A stretch of DNA of 63,386 nucleotides, the filler included, from Klebsormidium nitens (lineage: Eukaryota; Plantae; Klebsormidiophyceae): NCBI GenBank assembly GCA_000708835.1. It is 4 parts of 4 records of this genome, joined end to end, with 100 filler letters (N's around TTAATTAATTAA, not from the genome) between each part and the next. Parts side by side here need not be neighbours in the genome. Positions count along the whole stretch, not along the records: positions 1 to 23,538 come from DF237872.1; positions 23,639 to 54,209 come from DF237312.1; 2 more parts are not named here. One strand, written 5' to 3'. The notes below the pieces were generated by a model. The model saw only the letters and a list, made by a program, of their open reading frames with translations. It did no database searches and was not told where the DNA came from. This document shows positions 12,127 through 24,216 of this stretch, one piece after another. Position 1 is the first letter of the stretch, and every line of letters begins with the position of its first letter. Position numbers and translations under genes: made by a program.

Positions 12127-14398
12127 TTATATAAGATCCGAAAGAGCACTGATCATACGTGGCCCCCCTGGGGATCCAAGATTGGCGACCCAACTGGCGG
12201 CCATCTAGCGAGGCAGGAAGGGACCAGAGGGTTTCTCCAGCTCCGCGACAGGCGATTCGCGTGTGCTGTGTGCGTCAACGAGAGCAGTCTTAAGCAGCCA
12301 TGAGCATTCCCAAGCAACCTAACAAAAGTGTAATTAGCGAGGCCGTCATCCAGCTCGATGATGGGCAAAGTAGAGTCCCCGGAACATTTTAACATTTCAA
12401 CAAATGTATAGTCAAACACTAATCGCAAAAGTTTATAGAGTAACTCAAAGAATCAGAGCTAGTCATGAATATTGCTTCATTCGAGATTCACCCCACTGAT
12501 CTCGGACTAAAGCTGTAACAGCCACCAGATGATGTAGTTCTCAAGCTGAGCTGGGATGCGGGGTTGACTTGCGGCAATTTTCCAAGTTTGCCATGCCGGT
12601 GTGCAATATCTGCATCAACCTTCCAACATGAGTGATCGAGCTACTCGTAGGAACAAATAAAATCAATGTAGCGCGTGAATCAAAGATCGATACTGCTTCA
12701 CGATTACAAATCGACCGTCGCGCACCGATATACAGTGACCATACATGAGGCCCGATCAGGGCAGATGTTTTCCAGTATTAATGCGTGCACTGAGTGACGT
12801 TGTCCGATACGTGGCACCGCGGCTCATATTATTTTGAATCAAGTATTAGCTAGATCGATATATACTATTGGTATGTAGGACTCAAGTCGACTTCATTAAA
12901 GTAGTGCATGAAATATGCATGTTCATGAGTGTTCAACCCCATATGGCCGGACTGAGAAAAGCTGCATATCAGTACTCGAGCTTGCTTAATTGATACATAT
13001 AGTAGCAACAGATCCGGTTAGGTTTGATTGCACGTGAACAGTAACCCGGCAGCGTAAATATTGAAGGTGCAATGATACGGCCTCGTCTCAGTCTAGATCA
13101 CGCCACGCGGTCGATAGCCTGAAATGATGTGGAATTGATCAACTGCTTGATCACCGCATGGCCAGATTGATCGCGGCTGGCCCATCGGCCGCCGGCTCGA
13201 TATTGGCTTGCCTCTTCCTCTTAGGAAGAGGGAAACCCATGGAATGGGGCTTTTGGCCACTGTACGACGCCGCGGTGCGCGCCCGGCATTCGACCTGCTT
13301 GATTTGGCTCGGTTCGACGATAGAACGTACAGTGCTTGAACACACATTTGACCGTATAACGGTGCGAGATGTTTTGGACTGGGGCTCCCCGTGCGGCGCA
13401 GTTGCAGCTTACGAAGCGAGCACTCTGGTCCGAGCGTTGCATGGTGCCAGTCTCGAAGTCGGCCTTCGTGCATGTCTCGGTCTTCGACGTCGAAATTTTG
13501 CGCCCGCTCGGTTGGCTGTTTTCACGAGTACGAAATCTACACCGTAGAAAACAAAAATCGCCATTCGAAGCCGGCTGCGATTGTCAACCGTTGATTGCGG
13601 TTATAATCTAGGAAGAGGCAAGCCTTTGCCGTCGCACAGACGGCCATCCATGTAGTGACTCGGAGTAGGAGGCGCGCGGTCATGTGTGTGCAATATATCT
13701 ATAAGCGATCGCAAGCGGGCGTTGAGGTATCAAGCTAGGTTAGATGGTTTGTATATGGTCGGCCCGGGATCCATCCATTATTAGAGTAAAACTAGATTAG
13801 TTGTTGATATATATACGAGCCGATCAGAGGCTGCATAGGGCTTTTTGTTGCTTGTACATCAGACGTCTGAACTTGGTGTGGAGTCTTGTCTGCACCATGA
13901 CAAAGTTTGCCTGACCTGAGAATCAAGCAGTGGAATTTAATTTGTTGAACGTGCATGTACAAAGAGCTCCTTCATTGTTGAGCTAACCCTGAGTCCTCGC
14001 TAGATCAGTTGCTCGTCCCGGTCAAGGCGTCGAATCAATCACCGTTTGGTCTGATTAGTTTTCCTAGCTTATCCTCCCTGTCTCTTGAGTGACCCTTCGA
14101 ACGGCTTACAGGAAGTAAAAGGGCCAGCGTCATTATGGATACATTGAGCAGTTACGCTTACTCTCTGGTTATCAACTGTCAACAGCACCATTGGCGTGCT
14201 AAAAATCTAAAGAGACAGGTCGACGGAAACCCAGCACTCAATCGATCACAGGATCTGATCCGTCCATGCCAAGTGCATGCAAGATGTCCCAAGCCTCGTC
14301 AAAGCTCTGAGGTATTCAGGATCTCCCGTCTGTGATCTCTTTTTCAGTTAATCGAGTCAGTCAATATGCTACACACGCGGTACCGCACCAGTAGCGCA

Positions 14399-17300
14399 CT
14401 ATGGCCCCTCGTTTTCAAGGCGCAAATGCTGTGAAGCAACTTCCGGCGTCCACCAGCCCCGCCACCGGCCGAGCTTCCACGCACGAGCAGCCCACATCTC
14501 CTCCATATCCTACCCAGCCCACATCGAGACCCGGTTAGCCTAACCTTCTTCAGGCCGTTCTCTCGGCACTCCTAGTAGTTTCATTATGCAAGAGGCTTCC
14601 CTGAGCATGGCTCAATCCTCCTCAAGTCAAGCAGAGCTGGTTTGACCTTCACGAAAAGGGAGTCTAAACGCGGCGAAGGCAGCAACGAGCATCCGAATGA
14701 TTGCCTCCCAACATAACGAGAGTTCCAGGGAAAGCTTTGAGTGTGCACACGCGGCTAACCTGCATGGCGATGTTCCTGGTTTCGGGCACGCAAGCCGCAA
14801 CGAAGAGGACTGCCAGCACTGCGACGATGCCGAAAAGCGAGAAGGTGGCGGCGGTGCCGATGGCGGTGGTGAGCGACAGGAACGTCTGCGCCACCACCAG
14901 GTTGGACACCCAGTTGGCCGTCGCCGCCACGCCGCCCGCCGTGCCGCGGAAGCGCAGCGGGTAAATCTCTGCAACAGCAGGAGATGGCGCGCTCAGTCTC
15001 AGAACGAGAGTTCGTCATGCTGCCTCGCTCAAATCGAAAAGCTTCACCGAAGCCGTTGAGTGTTGGCAGCAGACTGCTTGTAGTAAGTGGTCAAAGTGGC
15101 GCTCAGAGAGGACCATCTTTCGTCTTCCAGAGGCTGTCCCACTGCAACGACGGCTTACCCGAATTGACGGCCCAGGGCACGGGCCCCATGCCCGGTGCGA
15201 ATGCCGCGATGTAGAGGCCCAGCCCGGCGAGCGACAGCCAGCCGTAGCGGTTGGGGCACCCGTGCGAGAACCAGGCGCGGCCGGCCCCCTCGCAGGCAGC
15301 ACCGGATGTCGAGTTGAGGACCAGGCAGCTGCCGGGCCACATCTGGACACATAAAAGAGAGGGTGAAGCTGATACGCGATGGAGAGGACACGGCTCGTGA
15401 TGCTGGAAGACGAGGTATACGATCCTTTGTAAGGCCGTGTTATGGTGTTGACGTCTCGGTTCCCAAGGGACTACTGACGTGCATGACATCAGGCGCAAAG
15501 TAAGTCACGCCCAAACACAACATTCCACACATGTTGCTCGAATGACGGGCCCTCGAGAGCCACGACACAGGCAGCTTCGAGCGGCGCCAATTCTCAGAAA
15601 CGACAGCAGTGCAGTGTTTGTGGTATCGTCTTACCTCGTCCCCTGAGGCCGCACAGAAGCCGCAGCTGGCCCCCAAGCAGCTCATGCAGCTGTCGTGGCC
15701 GCCCCCGGCCAGAGCCGCTTTCGGGAGCAGGGGACACTCCAGGCCGGGGTGCGGGGCAAAAGGCCCCGGGGCGACGGCGGGGGAGTCGTGGGCAGCCTGG
15801 TGGAACGAGAAGGCCAGCAAGGCCAGGGCGAGCGTGACGCCGGCCAGGCTGCACAGCACCAGCTTGCGGCGGCCGACGTGGTCGATCAGCAGGATGCCTG
15901 CACACATGCAAGTGGCACCGTGGGCAGGGCGCTCGAAATTCGACTGCAGGAACGGCTTGTGGACTACTCTAGATCAAGGTAGCTGCAGGTTAAAGAACTT
16001 TATACAGCAGAGACCGTCGAAAAAACATATCGGGGTAACACCATGCAATTGGTCCCTTTCAAACTTTCGCCAGAGAACAGCTCATCATACTTGTCACTTC
16101 TTCTGAGTTCGGCCTTGCACCCTTGCAAAGAGACCTGACACAATAGCCAAAGTCACTGCTTCCCGTTCACAAGGATGAGTTCGAACGGATGGCTTACCCG
16201 CAATGGTGCCGGCGGCGTTCATGGCCGCCACGACGAGCGAGAGCAGGAGTGCGGTCTGGTGCGAGGCGAAGCCGGCAAACTCGACGATGGTGGGGCTGTA
16301 GTACATCACCGTGTTGATCCCCACCAGCTGCTGGAACACCTGCACCGCACCCCACACAAAGCTGGCAGCCAGCACACGCGCACTCAGACACGCGGCCAGG
16401 CAGTCGTTGAGACAACTCCCATGCGCGGACTGAGCCACGAAGCACCGTTTCTCGCCCCCGCTTACCTGCAGGCCCACCCCGGCCAGCAGCGCGAGGCGCA
16501 TCTCGGTGGTGGCCACCATGTCCCAGAAGGAGGGGGCCGGCTCCGCGCTCACTTTCTCCGCAGCGGCCACCGCCTCCATGTGCTCCAGCTCCTCCTGAGC
16601 CTCCCCCACGCTGCGCATCCGCAGCAACGCCGCGCGCGCATCCTCCGCCCGGCCCTGCCTGGAGTTGGAAACGTGATTTCTCAAGGCATTCTGGAGGTAA
16701 AATCAAAGTTGATATGGCTCCAAGATCATCTTGTGAGCATCAGAGAAGCCTTTCTCGAGCTTTTTTGAAACGGTTAAGGAGGAGTAAATATGACCATGCC
16801 TTATTCTGAATCAACACAATCAGCTGACAATCTGACGGATTGATGACAAACTTTCTGGAAGCTGGAAGTGAAGGTAACAAATCGATGCTGGGATCCACAT
16901 GATCGCTTTCGTCTTTGAAACAGACAGGCAAACGGGAGGCCTCACATCAAGTTTACAAAAGGCCAGTATTTGGAGGTTGATGGCACAGTGGCTCTCCAGA
17001 ACACCACCTTCAGATCTCACTCTGCAAGTTTAAAAAACAACCCGTGCTGGCTCACCGGAAGAGCCAGCGCGGAGACTCCGGCAGGAAGAGCATGAGCAGC
17101 ATTTGCAGCAGCGCAGGCACCCCCGCGACGCCAAGCATCCAGCGCCAGGTTCCAGGGACAGTCGTGAAGAGGTAGTTGATGATGTACGAGATGAACTGGC
17201 CGGACGTGATCATCAGAACGTTCACACTGACCTGCAGAAGTAGCCAACACCAAGCGTCAAGGAAGTGCCTGTGCCAATAACGTCATCCAACTTGAAGTCA

Positions 17301-18343
17301 AAGGATTCCTGAAGCCTCCTTGACAATTTGTCTGCAAGCAATCTCGTGTTGATTGTGGCAAACTCAATATGAAGCCTAGCTTCATCCAGACAAAGCGGGA
17401 TTAGTTGTTTAGCAGCAAGCATGACCCCTAAAGGTGCCTCCGAATAGCCTCCGAAGGAAAGACTTTGTGGGGCTCGTTATGGACTTACCAGTGCTCCTCG
17501 AATGCTGGTCGGTGCTGCCTCAGCAATGTAGAGGGGAACCGTCATGCTGGCCACGCCCACCCCCATCCCCACCAGAACCCGCCCCACAATAAGGGCGAAT
17601 GGGGACTGAGCGGCCGCCATCGCCACCGCACCCATGAAGAATGAGATGTCTGCTGCCAGAATGGCAAACTTCCGCCCATACTTGTCATTCACATGCCCCC
17701 CAATAGATGCTCCCACCACCGCGCCCGCTATCGCCATGGACACAATGGTCTCTTGGAGCACGACGCTCTTCTCCACACTCGGAAAGTCATCGCGTATATA
17801 CAGGAGCGCTCCCGAAATGACCCCGGTGTCATACCTGCCACATGAGAGAGAGTGTTAGCGGCAGACAGCTCCACACAACCAAAAGTATACCCTGTGGGTT
17901 TGAAGCTCGGCAACTTTTTACAATTGCTAGGGTGGTGTTGATAGAGAGTCCAGGAGTCAGTTCAAGCTGCAGATTTCAAATCTGAATCCTCACTGCTGAG
18001 GTTAGGGAGTAATGGCGTGCCAGCTGATTCGGACAATCACTGACCCGAAAAGAAAGCCTCCCACCGATGCCGCAAGTGTCAATGCCAAGATGAATCCCGC
18101 CTGACTTGGCACCTGCAACTTCTTATCAGGCACAAGTTCTCTGTCCGCTCCCGGAGCTGTACTTGTCAAGAGGGCTCTTCCCTCCTGGCTGTGGGAAGAC
18201 TCGCAGCTTGCCTCCCCCGGCTGTCGTGCATCATTCTCCACATTGCTGTTAGACGGCGCACCTCCCTGCTGTTGCCAGCTCCTGTCCATTGCGCTGGCAT
18301 GGGCAGAGCCGCGGAAGGAAGGTGATGCAATCTTTTTGGCCAT
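14399..18343 (-). CDS. INT: Inositol/polyol:H+ symporter, MFS sugar-porter family (plant INT2/INT4 type)
   Basis: Minus-strand exons 18343-18045, 17834-17489, 17231-17056, 16658-16466, 16339-16198, 15897-15635, 15342-15159, 14968-14760 and 14509-14399 (last exon less certain). Motifs: [84 protein letters not shown], and an 8-Cys extracellular loop. Confidence 0.95.
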
Positions 18344-18940
18344 CGCCCAATGCGGTTCTGCATGAGGATGCGGCACACTTGCACGCCGGAGGGGATCCCT
18401 CACTCGCAGGCCAGCATTGAAACTAAAGAATGTAGGCCTTGAGAGGATGCTAAAGCATGCCGGTTCTTTCGCCAATTAAAGCGACCTCCATCATGGTTCC
18501 ATGGCAGCTTGGTGTGCTGGGCTGGTTACGCAATTGAGGTATCAAGGCGCTCGCTCTGGTGCCAGCTAAGACTCAGTGTCAGTGTCAGTCTGTTCAGTGT
18601 TGACTGGTCACTTCTTGACTCCTCAAAAGCACTCGAGGATCATGCATGAGTGGCATTGTCGGTACTGCATTGCCATTGGCATTGCCATCAGATGTCACTT
18701 TCCGCATTCGATGTTTTCATTCACTCCTTGACCTGAGGCTTGAGGGCGTTGGAAGAACGCATTGGGCCACGCCAAGTTGGACATGAGGAGGCGTTTGCTC
18801 TGCTTGCACCTCAAGCAAGTCCTGGCAACGAGGATTCAAGACCCATCAAGGACCATAGCATTGCCACCACTGCCAGCCTTTGACGCCACAGTTGACTAGG
18901 AAGCATTGTTCATTCCCAATTCTGAGTGGCGCTGCGGGAG
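18344..18940. promoter_or_regulatory. Short intergenic region between head-to-head INT and DUF1084 genes (candidate bidirectional promoter)
   Basis: About 600 bp separate the two divergent start codons. Contains CAGTGT x3 (~18574) and CATTG(C/G) repeats (~18669). Function is inferred from position only. Confidence 0.4.
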
Positions 18941-21900
18941 ATGAAAGGACTTGCTCAGCATTTGATGGCGGTCTTTTCTGCAACGGGGCACTGTTTCAGT
19001 CCAGACCTGGAAATAGTGTATGCTGTGATGACGGTTGTGGATGGGGCAATCTGTGCTGTAGCGGCAGTGCAGGTGAGTGCTCCACCTCAACTGCTGTTGC
19101 AGTGGTCAGGCTGTTGTTACAAGGTATCAGGTCCTAGGAGGCAGGGTCTGAAGCAGAAGGTCGCAATGTTACTTTTCAAAAACAATTCTGAGAGTTAACT
19201 GCAACATTGCATTCATGATGGGGCGGCTTGCAATGTGGTTGCTTATGCACTTCTATGGCGTGACCAGCACAAACCTTAAGGGTTTCGTGGTTCTTTGCAG
19301 TTTTTCCGGATACACTTCCAAATACGCAAGTGGACGAGGCAGAAAGTGTTCCATGCCATGGTGGCAGTAGCCAATTTTGGTGAGCGAAATCGTCCAATTC
19401 TGCTTACGACTTCTTCTTCAGCAATATTCACAAACATCTGCGGCGTGTTTCATTCGGTCTGTGCCTCAGGTCTGGTCCGAGTAGACCAGGGCCCACAAGC
19501 GTGCTTGCATCTTGAAACATCCTGGGTTGGCATGGTGCAGGTTACTGCCTCTACTTTTTGATCAACCCCCGGGCGGCCTGTGGTGGGTGGCCCTGTTGGA
19601 GGAACGTCTGTGGCTTCGTGCTACTGGGTGAGCTTGCCCCCGTGGCATCTGTCGCGCATTTTATTGGTTTCTCGGAAGAGTCAACCTGACTCGTCATTCA
19701 TTGTTGACACATGGGGGGGAAGTGTTTTGCTGTTGCAGTTATGAAAACTGAAACGTAAAAATGTCGGTACCAACTTTCGCAAGCTTCAAGGTCGATCAGG
19801 TGGTTTCAGCAGGCACCTGGTTCCGGCCTCCATTGCTTCCCGGTACTCTGTATGCGATGTGATGTATCATGTAGGACAGGTACATATTGCGTATGGGTCG
19901 CCGCACAAAGTACTCATAAAGGTGGATGGGCTCTGCAAGGCTCTTCCTCACCGCTCAGGCTTTCTGCTCTCAGCTCTTCCCTCTCATCACCACATCTCTG
20001 ACCGATTGTCTGGCGTCTTTGTGTGCAGCTGTCCCCCAGATCGTGTTTCTGGCAACGTTTCTGCTGCTGTTGTCATTCTGGGTTGATTTGGTATACCAAG
20101 CCAGGGACCTGGATGAAGAGGAGGAGGAAGAGGCCGACCACGTGGAGGACGGCCGGGGGGGAACCTCCGAGAGTGATAGCGGTCATTCTGGGGCATTCTT
20201 CTCACGGCAGCGATGGCGGCTCTGGTGGAAGAAGCTGCGGCCACGGGGCAGGAAAGCCGTCTTCGTGGGGGTGAGCAGCTTCATCGAATTGTGCCCTGCT
20301 GCTGTTTCTTTGAGTCGGTGGTGAAGTGCAGTTGCTTATCTGTTGCAGATGTCCGTGCTGGCTGGACGCAAGACCGCTTGTCTCTTCCACCATTTAGATT
20401 GTAGACTGCGAAGGCACCTCGACCTCAATGCTTGCCTTTTCGTGACGCAAATTCATCTTTCAGACGGGTCTCTGGCCGAATCAGGAAGATGCACCTCATG
20501 AAAAGTATGTCGAATCGCCCCTACTGTTGGGCCTTGTCCATTGCGCTCACTTCTTTTGGTCCCGCGCTCACCTGTCTCGCCAGTGGTGTGCAGGTTGTGG
20601 CAGTTATCTGCCTGCTCACCGCCGTTTTCGCCCTTCTCATATGGATTGGGATGGGCCACAATCCAATAAACTCAGTGGCAGTCGCCGAGGTACGCTTCCG
20701 AATCATCTTCCTCCTGCACCATCCTCCCTGCATACTTGTCGACTTGTTCTTTAGAAGCATTGCTTTGGGGGGTGTTGAGTTTGCCCTGTAGAAAGCCATT
20801 TTTGGGTTTAGCTGCCCTCTCGGTTGATCAACGGGCCTTGCTGTCAAAGCAATATTCAGTTTCAGGCTCCCTCTTTTGTGTTCGCTCACTTTGACCTCTG
20901 CGTCCCGTGCAGCTGTATGCGGACCTCTTTGCCACCCTGACGTTACTCTGCGGCGGTGGCCTGGCCATCTATGGTCTGCTCCTTTACAGCAAGATGCTCA
21001 GGGTCCAGTCCGGGCAGACGTCCGCAGACCTAGGCAAGGTGGGCGAAGCGACTCTTATGACTTTAATCCCGAGACATGCTTTTCTTCTGGCCATGCTTCC
21101 TTTCCGCAGACTGTCTTCTGGACCTTGGCAGCATCATTGCGGACAGATGCCTCGACATCGTGGTACATCGAGTCCTGCCTTTTTCGCCTTCACAAGCGAC
21201 GTCCTGGCAGGCCGTTGCTGATGCTGCTGACGTGCAGGTGGCGACGCTGGCCATCGTATGCCTCATCTGCTTCACCTTCCGCGCCCTGCTGGTCCTGGTC
21301 AACAACCTGCGGGTGAGCCTCCCGTCACCGGAAAGTTGGCCCCCCCTGGTCTCACTGCCGATGGCTGTAATAGCTACATGGCTGTTGGGGATGGCCTTGG
21401 CTCCACAGCTGGTTCGTAATGCACTACGTACTTAAACCTCTGCCCTTTTAACGCAGCTTACTACGTGGGTCAGGAGTCCAATATAGCCAGCTTGTCCTAG
21501 TCCGACTAGATCGTCCATTTGTCTCCAGGATGAGAGCAGCCAGGAGGGCACGGACCCCGCTAGCCCCCTCTACCCGCTGCTGACGCTCGCGTACTACGCC
21601 GTGGGAGAGAGCGTGCCGTCCATCTTCGTCCTGATCTGCCTTCGAGAGATGCCCGTCGGGGGCTCCAAGCAGCACCGGCGAAAAAGTTTCTCGTCTGGTC
21701 CTTCCTTAGAAGAGCCGTTGCTAGTTCCGGTGGCCAATGGGCTCCCCCCAGCCGATGCAGTGCAGCCTGCGGTGGCCCCCTGGAGTGTTGCTCCTCCCGT
21801 CCCCCCAAAGCCCGGCGACAAGGCTCACTCCGCGCCAACGTCCACTCTGGAGCATCCGAGGAGGGCGAAGGCGCATGCGTTGGGGTCGAAGCGGCCAATC

Positions 21901-22030
21901 AGTGAGCTTGGATGTTTGCATTTGCTTGTCGTCTCTGCTGAAGTTGACCGGTTCTGACTCGAAAAAGGCTTTCCTTGCAGACGCATTGTCGGCACACACG
22001 GAAGAACAAGGTGCAGCGGTACTTTGCTAA
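18941..22030 (+). CDS. DUF1084 / tobamovirus multiplication TOM1/THH1-like 7-TM protein
   Basis: Exons 18941-19072, 19301-19379, 19541-19627, 20029-20270, 20594-20689, 20913-21038, 21238-21312, possible micro-exon 21457-21468, 21529-21901 and 21981-22030 (or read-through stop at 21957). Motifs WTRQKVFH, PQIVFLATFLLLLSFWVDL, GGLAIYGLLL and YYAVGESVPSIFVL match my recollection of the family. Confidence 0.8.
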
Positions 22031-23538
22031 GTACCGCTGAAATGGCTTGGGGCATGCGACTCAGTAGACTATATGCTTGCATCAAGTCGCCGATTCTGCT
22101 CCTGATTGCTTCTGGGTGGTCTACTTGCAGGTAGAAGATAGTGAACAATGTTGTTCGTAAGAGAAAAGCTTGCTGATAGCAATGGGGCATCCTCAGATGT
22201 TTTGAGTCTTGGAACAAGGAGTCGAGTACAATAGACGCTGGCGAAACGGGATCCTCAAATCTGTAGAACTCCGGCAACCGGAAGCATCAACCATGTGGAG
22301 CCCCGTTCCAAGGAAAGTATGCAAGAGAAAAGTTCATATCGTCAAAGGAGGCTAAGATACTTGTAAATTAGTTCGTGTGGCACACCGTAGGTTTAACGAC
22401 TTTTTGCCAAAGTACCTCTTTGCTAATCATCCCCATACCGGATTGCAATATAAGAGTAAACATTTACCTTGACAGCTCCTGAACGCATTGATCTATAGAC
22501 TGATGTCAGAAGTGGTGATATTAACCAAGAAAAGCTTGGATCCTCTGGCCCGGTCACATTGTCAGATTGCCTGAATTTCTAAGCTTCACATTAATTCGAC
22601 AGACGTGAGTTGACCAAAGTTGAGTTGCGCATGCTTTGGAGCCACGTCGGCTGATCCCCCGCCTTTTGTGAAGTACCCGGTGCCCAAGATTATGCAGATA
22701 AGTGCGGCAAGCCAAAGCAAGCTTGCTAGTAGGTATGTCAGTGTCGCACATGTCTATGTATGTATTGGTAAATGGAGCATGGCCGGCATGTCATGCAGTC
22801 CTAGTTACGATTGAATGCACAAGTTTCAGATTTTTGAATGCACGCAGCACAATTCATGATTGGCGGCCCAATGACAAATGAAAAGCTCGAAACAGCTGAG
22901 CTTGAACTGGAATTGTCATGCATTGCTAGTAACTTAGCCGCATGCGGGATTTCAAGACCGTTTCCAGCAGATCGGTCCAGATCACCGGTTGTCAGTCGCC
23001 CATGGCAGGAAGCGCCCCAGCTATCCAGCTCTAGCGGATTGTGGTCACTGCATGCAAGCTCGCGATTTCAGGAACTAGCAGTGGAGATTCTACGATTCAC
23101 CGGATTTCTATATACCGTTAACGCCGTCAAACTTGGTACTTCGGGTCCTACCCCCTTTTTGGGTGGGTCGGTCGCTCGGGGAAAAATAATAATTATATTT
23201 TACTCACATTATGCTGATAAGGGGGGGAAATCCACAATTTCCGGGGCAAAAGCCAAAAAGATCAAACGATTTTCAGGTATCCGCATAAAAGTTGGTCTCC
23301 AAATCGAAGGGTCCAAGCCCAAAAGTGGATCTAATATTTATTATTTTTACTCCAAAATTCTTCGGGTCGATCGGGGACCGGAGACCGGGAATCAACTTCG
23401 AACCGCCTTAGTACGCCGAGAGAGGGTGCATTGGAATTTGTAGCAAGTTCAACAGTGCTGCCGGTGCCAATGGCAAGGACACACAAGTGCGAACTTGGGC
23501 CTACCAAATGAAGTTCGGTGTTAAATGAACGCTCGCGA

Positions 23539-23638
23539 NNNNNNNNNNNNNNNNNNNNNNNNNNNNNNNNNNNNNNNNNNNNTTAATTAATTAANNNNNN
23601 NNNNNNNNNNNNNNNNNNNNNNNNNNNNNNNNNNNNNN
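23539..23638. other. Assembly gap spacer (44 N + TTAATTAATTAA + 44 N); same spacer at 54210-54309 and 61010-61109; other N gaps at 25751-26709, 30090-31076, 40786-41425
   Basis: An identical 100-nt construct occurs three times; the 12-mer gives stops in all six frames. Confidence 0.97.
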
Positions 23639-24073
23639 GCTGAGGCGATCCCAAGGCGTGCTGAAAAGCTTCGCATGGTTTCCGCACATGTGAAGTAGAC
23701 AGGCAGCGTGTAAACCCTGTCCAACCGTCACATCGGTGCTGGGCGCGTGCGCGGCCGGCGTTCCGGCGCTGTTCAGCGGCGGCGGCGCGCTCGCTCCGGC
23801 GGAAGCGGAAGGAGTATTCTTCTTGTTCTGCCGTGTTTTGGGCTTCTCCAGGGACTCAGCAGGGGTCTTGGCGACTATTGCTTGAAGCCCTGAGGGATAC
23901 AAAGAGAGAAGTCTGCAGATATCCTTCGAACGAAGGTGCGCAGCGAGGAGGTTACTGCAATTGTTGTTTATTATGTGTTTTCTGATTGCATTAGAAAGTA
24001 CATATTTTCGGCCGAATGATAAAGGTCGAAAAGGAAGGAGTTTTTTGGTTAGCAGACTGTCAGCCTCGTGCAC
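23639..24073 (-). CDS. Hypothetical intronless ORF downstream of the HNH ORF, truncated by gap
   Basis: Open ~145 codons to the gap, on the same strand and with similar composition to the HNH ORF. No motif recognised. Confidence 0.3.
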
Positions 24074-24216
24074 GTGAGTGCACGAGCTGTAGAGTGAGAA
24101 AGAAAGTCCTGAGTTTTCGAGTTTTATGATTCGACGGAAAATTTGTGATTTCTAATGGCCCGCCACCACCCGTCCTATTGTTGCGTCGCAACTTAGGACC
24201 CATCAGAGATATAAGC

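Noticed and set aside
23583-23594. TTAATTAATTAA palindrome flanked by N runs (also 54254-54265 and 61054-61065)
   Set aside because: An identical 100-nt scaffolding spacer with six-frame stops; an assembly artefact.
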